NCBI GenBank assembly: GCA_035546035.1
Contig: DASZXC010000008.1
Coordinates: forward strand, 316,265 to 380,264
Reading direction: 5' to 3'
DNA from: Minisyncoccota bacterium
GTDB taxonomy: Bacteria; Patescibacteriota; Minisyncoccia; Phycocordibacterales; UBA6065
Length of the DNA: 64,000 bases
The notes below the pieces were generated by a model, which did not search any database, was not told the origin of the DNA, and saw only the letters and a program-made list of their open reading frames with translations. Of this stretch, positions 57,001-64,000 are shown piece after piece (position 1 is the first letter of the stretch; every line of letters begins with the position of its first letter). The position numbers and the translations under genes were made by a program.

Positions 57001-57241
57001 AATGGAAGTCTGGGCGCTCCTCGGTCACGGCGTCGCCCACACGCTCCGCGAGATCCTCACGGTCAAGTCGGACGACATCCAGGGACGCTCGGCGACGTTC
57101 GATTCGATCGTCAAGGGCGAAAAGCTCGCTCCTCCGAATATCCCGGCCTCGTTCCACGTACTTCTTAACAGCCTCCGCGGCCTTGCGTTGGACGTCGAGC
57201 TTCGCAAAGAAGGCAAAGACATTAAGAAGGGAAACAAGTAA
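54059..57241 (+). CDS. rpoB: RNA polymerase beta subunit
   Basis: GRLCPIHTPEGPNIGL, GDKLAGRHGNKG, GGQRFGEME. Confidence 0.99.
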   Translation: MIKREQKYFGRFKEALAEIPNLVEAQTESFKWLVEKGLADLFQEFSPIKDYSDKKFELSFTGFELAEPKYDEHYAKDNKLSYEAPLKVRIKLKNKMFNSEKEQEIFLADFPLMTNHGTFIINGIERVIVPQLARSFGVFFTSDEVKGKTVFGAKVIPARGVWLEIETDNDGTIYARIDRKRKFMVTALLRVLGADTDEKILSFFKGDETAAKVMAASLAKDTAKTVSDAYIEIHKRLRDGDLATADNAKEFISSLFHKDRYDLSNVGRFRFNKRFGKPMDDKTLEKKTIDASDLATIIGNIIHLNNKLDAVEDDIDHLGSRRVRYVGELMQQKLRVGLSQMKRNIQDRMSTIEPDTTQPLTFVSPRPLQARLKEFFTTNQLSQFMQQENILTELEHLRTLSALGPGGLTRERAGFEVRDVHPSHYGRLCPIHTPEGPNIGLILRLSTYARLNDFGMIETPYAKVKNGKVTKEIVYLNALEEESHRIAHAATAYDKDGKITENAVEIRQNGSPSLAHPNEVDFIDVSTNQAFSIATNMIPFLNHDDANRALMGSNMQKQATPCIIPEAPLVATGIEAKAAEYTGRIVLAPEDGAISAVDATSITFKNAKGKETTYKLVSFERTNGFTSYHQRPVVNLNEKVKKGQVLADASSSDGGQIALGQNMLVAFMSWSGANYEDAIIISERVVKNSKFTSIHIEEFVVNVRDTKLGPEVTTHDIPNVGEGKLRNLDEDGIIRIGAEVRSGDILVGKITPKGETQLTPEERLLRSIFGEKARDVKDTSKRMEGGKRGRVISVKVFSREKGDKLESGIIKRIHVEVAQLRTVSVGDKLAGRHGNKGVISRILPEEDMPYMADGTPIDVILTPLGVPSRMNLGQILELHLGMAANTLNYQAVVPPFAGATSDEIKAELKKAGLNENGKMPLFDGRTGDKFQQDISVGYMYILKLHHMVEDKIHMRSIGPYSLITQQPLGGKAQGGGQRFGEMEVWALLGHGVAHTLREILTVKSDDIQGRSATFDSIVKGEKLAPPNIPASFHVLLNSLRGLALDVELRKEGKDIKKGNK

Positions 57242-57275
57242 TTGCCAATAATCTTCTTAACTTAAAAAAACTACT

Positions 57276-60200
57276 ATGGCATATACACCAAAATCTAAGG
57301 CGCAGGAGTTCACGGACTTCGACACGGTCGCCCTCCGCTTGGCATCGCCTGACAGGATCAGGGAATGGTCGTTCGGCGAGGTCACCAAGCCTGAAACGAT
57401 CAACTACCGAACCCAGCGCTCCGAGAAGAACGGCCTCTTCGACGAGAAGATCTTCGGTCCGGACAAGGACTTCGAATGCTACTGCGGAAAATACCGCGGC
57501 ATCCGATACAAGGGCATCGTCTGCGAGAAGTGCGGCGTCGAGATAACCCGCTCCATCGTCCGGCGCGAGCGCATGGGCCACATCGAGCTCGCTACGCCGG
57601 TATCCCACATCTGGTTCCTCCGCTCGATGCCGTCGCGCCTCGGCCTCATCCTCGGCATGACGACCGCTGACCTCGAAAAGGTCATCTATTTCGCCGGCTA
57701 CATCGTCACCAAGGTGCACGAAGATGCTCGTGCGACCATCATGAAGGACTTGGAATCGGAATATAAGTCCAAGGTCAAGACCGTCCAGGACGAGAAGACC
57801 CGCGAGGCTCTCAAGTCCATGTACTCGGGCGCAAAGAAGGAGATCGACGCTATCTCTGAAGGCGCCGTCCTCGACGAAGTCGAATACGGCAAGTTCTCGA
57901 TGAAATACTCGACGCTCTTCGAAGCAGGCATCGGCGCAGAGGCTATGTTCGACATCTGCAAGAACATCGACCTCAAGAAGCTCGAAGCCAAGCTCGTCGT
58001 CGACCTCGAGAAGGCTAACAGCCTCGAGAAAGACAAGATGAACCGACGCCTCTCGGTCGTCCGCGCGATGATCAAGTCGCAGATCCGACCAGAATGGATG
58101 TTCCTTTCCCGTATCCCGGTTATCCCTCCGGCGCTCCGACCGATGGTTCCGCTCGATGGCGGACGCTATGCGACGTCTGACGTCAACGACCTCTATCGCC
58201 GCGTCATCAACCGAAACAACCGCTTGATGAAGCTCAAGGAGATCAACGCGCCTGATGTCATCCTTCGAAACGAGAAGCGCATCCTCCAGGAAGCCGTAGA
58301 CGCTCTCATCGACAATTCGATTCGCCACGGCAATTCGACGACTGCTGCAGGCTCGCTCGCGTCGAAGCGCGCCCTCAAGTCGCTCGCCGACAACCTTAAG
58401 GGCAAGAGGGGCCTCCTCCGTGGAAATCTTCTTGGTAAACGAGTGGACTATTCAGGCCGCTCGGTTATCGTCGTCGGTCCGGAGCTCGCTCTCGACCAGT
58501 GCGGACTTCCAAAGCACATGGCTCTCGAGCTCTTCAAGCCGTTCGTCATCAACCAGCTCCTTGCCCGCGAGCTCGCGTATAACATCCGCGGCGCGTCGAG
58601 GCTCATCGAAGACGGCATCCCTGAAGTCTGGGCGATCCTCGAAGAGGTCATCGACGGCAAATACGTGCTCTTGAACCGCGCGCCTACGCTCCATCGCCTC
58701 GGTATCCAGGCATTCAGGCCTATCCTCATCGAAGGCAACGCTATCCAGGTGCACCCGCTCGTATGTTCGGCATTCAACGCGGACTTCGACGGCGACCAGA
58801 TGGCAGTCCACGTCCCGCTCTCTCCTGAAGCGCAGAAGGAAGCGAAGGAGATCATGGCTTCGGACAAGAACATCCTCAAGCCAGGCTCCGGCGACCCGAC
58901 GGTCACCAACAAGATGCTCGACATCAATCTCGGCGTCTACTGGATCACCAAGCTCATCAAGGGCGACGCGGGCGAAGGCAAGATATTCGAATCCCCTGAA
59001 GCCGCAGTCCTCGCCCCTGATTTCGGTGTCCTCTCGCTCCGCGCGGCTGTAAAGGTGCTTGCTCCTGAAACGGCCAAATACGCCGAATTCAAGGGCGGCA
59101 TATTCGAGACGACCGTCGGCAGGATCCTCTTCAACCAGGTCCTCCCTGACGATTATCCGTTCATCAACAAGGAAGTAGATCGCAAGAGCATGCAGGGAAT
59201 CGCAGACGACCTTCTCGTCCGTTACGGCGTCTCTCAGGTTCCAACCTTCCTCGACAGGATCAAGAAATTCGGCTTCAAATACACGACCTATTCGGGCGTT
59301 ACCTGGGCTATCGACGACGTCAAGACGCCGGAAGGCAAGGCCGACGTCATCTCGAAGGCCAAGAAGGAGTCCGATACCGTCAACGACCAGTTCAACGAAG
59401 GCCTCCTCGCGGAAGACGAGCGCATCCGAAAGAATATCGAGATCTGGCACAAGGCCAAGAACGACATCGAGAAGCTCGTTCCGGGCGCTCTCGGTCCGAA
59501 CGATCCCGTCACCGATATGGTAAAGTCCGGCGCCCGAGGTTCGTGGGGCAACATCACCCAAATGGTGGGCATGAAGGGCCTCATCACCAACACTGCCGGC
59601 GAGACAATCGAGTTTCCCATCATATCGGGCATGAAGGACGGCCTCACCCCGATCGAGTACTTCATCACCACCCACGGCGCGCGAAAGGGCCTCACCGACA
59701 CGGCTCTCAACACCGCTCGCGCAGGCTACCTTACCCGCCGCCTCTTCGACGTGGCGCAGGACGTCATGGTCACCGAAGACGACTGCGGCACCAAGGACTC
59801 GATCATCATCAGGAAGGAAAGCGCTTCGGGCATCGAAGTATCGATCGCCAAGAACATCCGCGGCCGCGTATTGGCAGACGACGTCAAAGGTACGGACGGC
59901 AAGGCTATGTTCAAGAAGGGCCATCTCCTCACCAAGCAGGAAGCAGCCGCTATCGAGAACGCAGGCGTCACCGAAGTCCGTGTCAGGTCGCCTCTCGCAT
60001 GTAAGACTCTTCACGGCGTATGTAAGGCATGCTACGGCATGGACCTCGGCAAGAACCACCTCATAGACATCGGCGAGGCAGTAGGCACCGTCGCTGCGCA
60101 AGCTATCGGCGAGCCGGGTACCCAGCTCACGATGCGCACCTTCCACGCAGGCGGTACGGCATCGGTCGGCGGCGACATCACCGCAGGTCTCCCTCGCGTC

Positions 60201-60956
60201 GAAGAAGTCTTCGAAAAGCGACGCCCAAAGAACCCTGCGGTCATCGCATCGGTTTCGGGCACGGTCTCGTCGGTCAAGGATATGGGCAAGGAGAAGGTCA
60301 TCGCCGTCATTCCCGACCTCGAAGACAAGGGCAAGACCAAGAAGGGCGCCGCGGAAGTCGAGTATACGTTCAGCTCGCGTCGCATGGCCCTCGTTAAAAT
60401 AGGCGACAAGGTCGCCAAGGGCCAGTTCCTCACCGACGGCTCAGCTGATATAGACGAGGTATTCGAGCTTGCGGGCAAGGAGCGCGCGATGGATTATATC
60501 ATCCGCGAGATCGGCAAGATCTACGAGCTCCAGGGCGAAACGGTGTCGCGAAAGCACATCGAGATCATCGTGAAGCAGATGTTCTCCCGCCGACGCGTCA
60601 CGGATGCGGGCGACACCAAGTTCTCGATCGACGACGTCGTGGACGTATACGACCTCAACGTCGAGAACGACAGGATCAAGGAAGCGGGCAAGTCGTCGGC
60701 AGTGGGCGAGAACGTGGTAATGGGCATCACGGAAGTGTCGCTCTCGCGCCAGTCGTTCCTCTCGGCCGCATCGTTCCAGCACACGACCAGGATCTTCATC
60801 TCGGCTGCTATCCGCGGCACGGAAGACAAGCTCCAGGGCCTCAAGGAAAACGTCATCATCGGCCGCCTCATACCGGCAGGTACCGGCTATGCAGGCTCGC
60901 CGAAGAAGGAGATAGTAGATTCTGTCACTCCGAAGGATTCGGTAGTCTTGGAATAA
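57276..60956 (+). CDS. rpoC: RNA polymerase beta' subunit
   Basis: NADFDGDQMAVH, zinc-binding Cys motifs, GEPGTQLTMRTFH. Confidence 0.99.
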   Translation: MAYTPKSKAQEFTDFDTVALRLASPDRIREWSFGEVTKPETINYRTQRSEKNGLFDEKIFGPDKDFECYCGKYRGIRYKGIVCEKCGVEITRSIVRRERMGHIELATPVSHIWFLRSMPSRLGLILGMTTADLEKVIYFAGYIVTKVHEDARATIMKDLESEYKSKVKTVQDEKTREALKSMYSGAKKEIDAISEGAVLDEVEYGKFSMKYSTLFEAGIGAEAMFDICKNIDLKKLEAKLVVDLEKANSLEKDKMNRRLSVVRAMIKSQIRPEWMFLSRIPVIPPALRPMVPLDGGRYATSDVNDLYRRVINRNNRLMKLKEINAPDVILRNEKRILQEAVDALIDNSIRHGNSTTAAGSLASKRALKSLADNLKGKRGLLRGNLLGKRVDYSGRSVIVVGPELALDQCGLPKHMALELFKPFVINQLLARELAYNIRGASRLIEDGIPEVWAILEEVIDGKYVLLNRAPTLHRLGIQAFRPILIEGNAIQVHPLVCSAFNADFDGDQMAVHVPLSPEAQKEAKEIMASDKNILKPGSGDPTVTNKMLDINLGVYWITKLIKGDAGEGKIFESPEAAVLAPDFGVLSLRAAVKVLAPETAKYAEFKGGIFETTVGRILFNQVLPDDYPFINKEVDRKSMQGIADDLLVRYGVSQVPTFLDRIKKFGFKYTTYSGVTWAIDDVKTPEGKADVISKAKKESDTVNDQFNEGLLAEDERIRKNIEIWHKAKNDIEKLVPGALGPNDPVTDMVKSGARGSWGNITQMVGMKGLITNTAGETIEFPIISGMKDGLTPIEYFITTHGARKGLTDTALNTARAGYLTRRLFDVAQDVMVTEDDCGTKDSIIIRKESASGIEVSIAKNIRGRVLADDVKGTDGKAMFKKGHLLTKQEAAAIENAGVTEVRVRSPLACKTLHGVCKACYGMDLGKNHLIDIGEAVGTVAAQAIGEPGTQLTMRTFHAGGTASVGGDITAGLPRVEEVFEKRRPKNPAVIASVSGTVSSVKDMGKEKVIAVIPDLEDKGKTKKGAAEVEYTFSSRRMALVKIGDKVAKGQFLTDGSADIDEVFELAGKERAMDYIIREIGKIYELQGETVSRKHIEIIVKQMFSRRRVTDAGDTKFSIDDVVDVYDLNVENDRIKEAGKSSAVGENVVMGITEVSLSRQSFLSAASFQHTTRIFISAAIRGTEDKLQGLKENVIIGRLIPAGTGYAGSPKKEIVDSVTPKDSVVLE

Positions 60957-60992
60957 TCAAAAGCCCTCGCAAAGAGGCTTATAATGATTCGA

Positions 60993-62723
60993 ATGAGCAC
61001 TCATGTTCAGGAGATCAAAGACAAGCTCGATATAGCTGCGGTCGTCGGCTCGTATATCAAGCTCGACAAAGTGGGCGCCAATTTCAAGGCGAGGTGTCCT
61101 TTTCACAATGAAAAGACGCCGTCGTTCTTCGTATCGCCGGAGCGCGGCTCATTCTACTGCTTCGGCTGTCAGGCGAAGGGCGACATATTCACGTTCGTCG
61201 AAAAATTCGAGGGCTTGGACTTTATGGGCTCTCTCAAGGTGCTCGCCGAGCGTGCAGGCGTGAGGCTCGACCGCGACGCGGCGCCGAAGGACAACAGGAA
61301 AGAGATCCTCTATGACATCCTTGAAAAAGCGGCGGCATGGTTCGAGGAAAGGCTTGTTGCCGAGCCTCATGCAAAGGAATATGCGTTGGGCAGGGGACTG
61401 ACGCAAAAGACGATCGATTCATTCCGCATCGGCTATGCCCCGAACGACTGGCGCCAGCTCCGATCGTATTTGAAAGGCAAGGGATACAAGGACGAAGACG
61501 TCGCGGCTGTCGGCCTCATCAAAAAGACCGACAAACCGGGCGGCGACCCGTTCTACGACGTATTCCGAGGCAGGATCATGTTTCCGATCGCCGATTCCTC
61601 GGGCCGCGCCGTGGCATTCTCCGGCCGCATCGTCGTGGACGACGGAAAGTCTCCGAAATACCTCAACAGCCCCGAGACCGCGCTCTATAGCAAATCCAAA
61701 ACCCTATACGGCTTGGACAAAGCAAAGACCGCTATCCGCGAGCGCGGTTATTCCATCGTCGTCGAAGGCCAGATGGACCTCGTCATGTCGCACCAGGGCG
61801 GATTCGCCAATACGGTCGCATCGTCAGGCACGGCGTTCACGGACGATGACGGCGCCGATTCGGCATTCGGGCTCCTCACGAGGCTTTCCGACAATATCGT
61901 CCTCGCATTCGATTCCGATTCGGCAGGGCAAAAGGCCGTAAAGCGTATCGTCCCAGCGATATCGCTCGGCATGAACGTGAAGATCGTCGACATCAAAGGC
62001 GGTAAAGACCCGGCCGACATCATCAAGGCCAATCCGAAAGACTGGACGACCATGCTCGGCTCCAAAAAGGACTTCATAGACTACCTCACCGACATAATCA
62101 TCGATTCGAAAGCCAATGCCGCATCGGTCGCGAAGCAGGTCAAAACCGACATATTCCCGTATATCGCGGCGATTCCCGACGATACGCCGCGATTCCAAGC
62201 CGTCAAGAAAGTCGCCGACAGGCTTTCGATCAGTGAAGACGCGCTTTGGAAGGACCTCCAGAACTATGTGAAAGCGAATCGCTCGGCGCGAGCGTCTCCA
62301 GGCCAAAGCGCAAGTGGCCAGAGTCCCGGCAGGCGCCTTGAACGCCTCGAATCCATCGAACGCAAGCTCCTCGGCCTCCTTCATTCGAAAAAATACTGGA
62401 ACGGAGACGAAGTTAGAAGGAGAGAGCTCGAAAGCGCGGCGGGAGACGAGAAAGCGAGGGCTTTCGCGAGTCTCTCTCCGGACGATATGGCCGAACTGAC
62501 GCTCGAAGCCGAGGTCACGTACGGAGACGGAGATACGGCGAGGGAATGGAAGGTACTGATGCTCAATTTTGAAGAAGAGGCGACCAAGAAGAAGCTCGAA
62601 GCGGCGATGGCGGAGCTCCACCGAAAGGAAAAAGAGAAGGGAGACGCGTCGGAACTTATCAAAAATATCCACGTACTATCGAAGAGGATACAGGAGGTGA
62701 AGGGTCAGGCGGAAAAGATGTAG
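60993..62723 (+). CDS. dnaG: DNA primase
   Basis: CPFHNEKTPSF, CFGC, KYLNSPET, VEGQMD, FDSDSAG. Confidence 0.97.
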   Translation: MSTHVQEIKDKLDIAAVVGSYIKLDKVGANFKARCPFHNEKTPSFFVSPERGSFYCFGCQAKGDIFTFVEKFEGLDFMGSLKVLAERAGVRLDRDAAPKDNRKEILYDILEKAAAWFEERLVAEPHAKEYALGRGLTQKTIDSFRIGYAPNDWRQLRSYLKGKGYKDEDVAAVGLIKKTDKPGGDPFYDVFRGRIMFPIADSSGRAVAFSGRIVVDDGKSPKYLNSPETALYSKSKTLYGLDKAKTAIRERGYSIVVEGQMDLVMSHQGGFANTVASSGTAFTDDDGADSAFGLLTRLSDNIVLAFDSDSAGQKAVKRIVPAISLGMNVKIVDIKGGKDPADIIKANPKDWTTMLGSKKDFIDYLTDIIIDSKANAASVAKQVKTDIFPYIAAIPDDTPRFQAVKKVADRLSISEDALWKDLQNYVKANRSARASPGQSASGQSPGRRLERLESIERKLLGLLHSKKYWNGDEVRRRELESAAGDEKARAFASLSPDDMAELTLEAEVTYGDGDTAREWKVLMLNFEEEATKKKLEAAMAELHRKEKEKGDASELIKNIHVLSKRIQEVKGQAEKM

Positions 62724-62743
62724 GTTTGATATCATAGAAAAAC

Positions 62744-63949
62744 ATGGCGAAAAAGCAGCAAAAGAAAACCAGGGCCAAGGCGACGAAAAAGGCGGCCCAG
62801 AAGCCGTCAAAGAAAGTCGCCAAGGCAAAGCTCTCTCCGAAGGCCCTCAAAGCCAAGGAAAAGGCGAAAGACGCGGCCAAACGCGCCGACCGCCTTTTGA
62901 CCAAGGGCAAAGAGCGCGGCTTCGTGACGTACGACGAGATCCTCAAGGAATTCCCGACGATCGAAGACGATATCATGTTCCTCGACGAGCTTTACAACAA
63001 GCTCTCGACTGCGGGCGTGGACGTGCTCGAATCGGGTGGCATGCTCGACCTCGAGCCCCCTGCCGAGACGAAAGGCGGCAAGAAATACGGCTTCGGCCGC
63101 GCGTCGTCCGAATCCTCATACGACTCGATCCAGATGTACCTCAAGGAGATCGGCCAGTATCCTCTCGTTTCTGCGGCTATGGAAAAGGAGCTCGCTCGAC
63201 GCATCGAGAACGGCGACGACGAGGCTAAGGGCCTTCTCGCTAAAGCGAACCTCCGCCTCGTGGTCTCTATCGCCAAGAAATACGTAGGCCGCTCGGCTGA
63301 CCTGACTCTTTTGGACCTTATTCAGGAAGGAAACCTCGGCCTCTTCAAGGCTGTCGATAAATTCGACTGGACCAAGGGCTATAAGTTCTCGACCTATGCG
63401 ACGTGGTGGATCCGCCAGGCCATTACCCGCGCATTGGCTGACCAATCCCGAACCATCCGCGTTCCGGTGCACATGGTGGAGACCATCGCCAAATACAAGC
63501 AGGTCGTGCGCCGATTGTCGCAGGACCTCGGCCGCGACCCGTTGCCTGACGAGATCGCTACCGAAATGGGCCTCGAAGTAGAGAAGGTCTACCAGATCGA
63601 GAAGATCGACCAGGACACCGTATCGCTCGAATCGCCGGTGGGCGACGACGGCGACGACGGTAAATCGACCCTCGGAGACTTCCTTTCAGACGACAAGATA
63701 TTGTCGCCTGACCAGGAATCGTCGAGGCGCATCCTCGCCGATCAGGTCAGGGGGATTTTGAACGACCTCTCGCCGAAGGAGCGCAAGATTTTGGAGATGC
63801 GACACGGTCTGAACGACGGCATCACCCATACGCTCGAAGAGGTGGGCAAGGAATTCGGCGTCACCCGCGAGCGCATCCGTCAGATCGAAGCCAAGGCTCA
63901 TGAGAAGATCAGGCAGCATGAGCGCATCAAGCAACTGAAGAATTACTAA
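62744..63949 (+). CDS. rpoD: Primary sigma factor with Lys/Ala-rich N-tail
   Basis: NLRLVVSIAKKY, DLIQEGNLGL, KFSTYATWWIRQAI, TLEEVG..FGVTRERIRQIE. Confidence 0.97.
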   Translation: MAKKQQKKTRAKATKKAAQKPSKKVAKAKLSPKALKAKEKAKDAAKRADRLLTKGKERGFVTYDEILKEFPTIEDDIMFLDELYNKLSTAGVDVLESGGMLDLEPPAETKGGKKYGFGRASSESSYDSIQMYLKEIGQYPLVSAAMEKELARRIENGDDEAKGLLAKANLRLVVSIAKKYVGRSADLTLLDLIQEGNLGLFKAVDKFDWTKGYKFSTYATWWIRQAITRALADQSRTIRVPVHMVETIAKYKQVVRRLSQDLGRDPLPDEIATEMGLEVEKVYQIEKIDQDTVSLESPVGDDGDDGKSTLGDFLSDDKILSPDQESSRRILADQVRGILNDLSPKERKILEMRHGLNDGITHTLEEVGKEFGVTRERIRQIEAKAHEKIRQHERIKQLKNY

Positions 63950-63955
63950 TCCCCC

Positions 63956-64000
63956 CGCACACAAAAACCACTCCAGAGCCTGGAGTGGTTTTTGTGTGCG
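63956..64000. terminator. Perfect inverted repeat terminator (at least 21 bp) after rpoD
   Basis: CGCACACAAAAACCACTCCAG-agc-CTGGAGTGGTTTTTGTGTGCG, cut by the window edge. Confidence 0.85.

Noticed and set aside
54020-60146. Long minus-strand ORFs (656, 368, 564 aa)
   Set aside because: Antisense shadows of rpoB and rpoC.
1-64000. CRISPR array, prophage, IS, integrase, intein, intron, parS or recoded stop codons
   Set aside because: No spaced direct repeats or mobile-element genes were seen. dnaE, gyrB and rpoBC are uninterrupted. No parS palindrome was noticed by eye. TGA ends normal genes such as rarA, so stop-codon reassignment is not indicated.

Overview
Chromosomal window of a GC-rich, genome-reduced bacterium using the standard code (TGA is used as stop). 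Gene content and style point to Patescibacteria/CPR, probably Parcubacteria-like; this is an inference. It holds mostly informational housekeeping genes (rpoBC, rpoD, dnaG, dnaE, gyrB, topA, smc, parB, serS, thrS, a single-chain PheRS, prfA, tsf, ribosomal proteins, rnc, rnr, rnhB, miaA, trmD, dus), three tRNAs, a surface-glycan locus (GtrA, GH8, GT-C, BcsA-like GT2) and many stand-alone orphan genes. I saw no CRISPR array, integrase, transposase or prophage. Best leads: (1) a 0.8-kb non-coding block between dnaE and thrS holding three tandem terminator-closed structured RNAs, one of them 6S-like, followed by a miniature Thr T-box riboswitch; (2) a mitochondrial-type monomeric PheRS; (3) two related 28-33 bp perfect palindromes that each take in the last 13 nt of the upstream gene; (4) an unannotated 18-aa ultra-basic peptide gene; (5) a hinge-less SMC and a NusB fused to a degenerate Nudix domain; (6) widespread leaderless gene starts. 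All RNA structures were paired by eye and no database searches were run.
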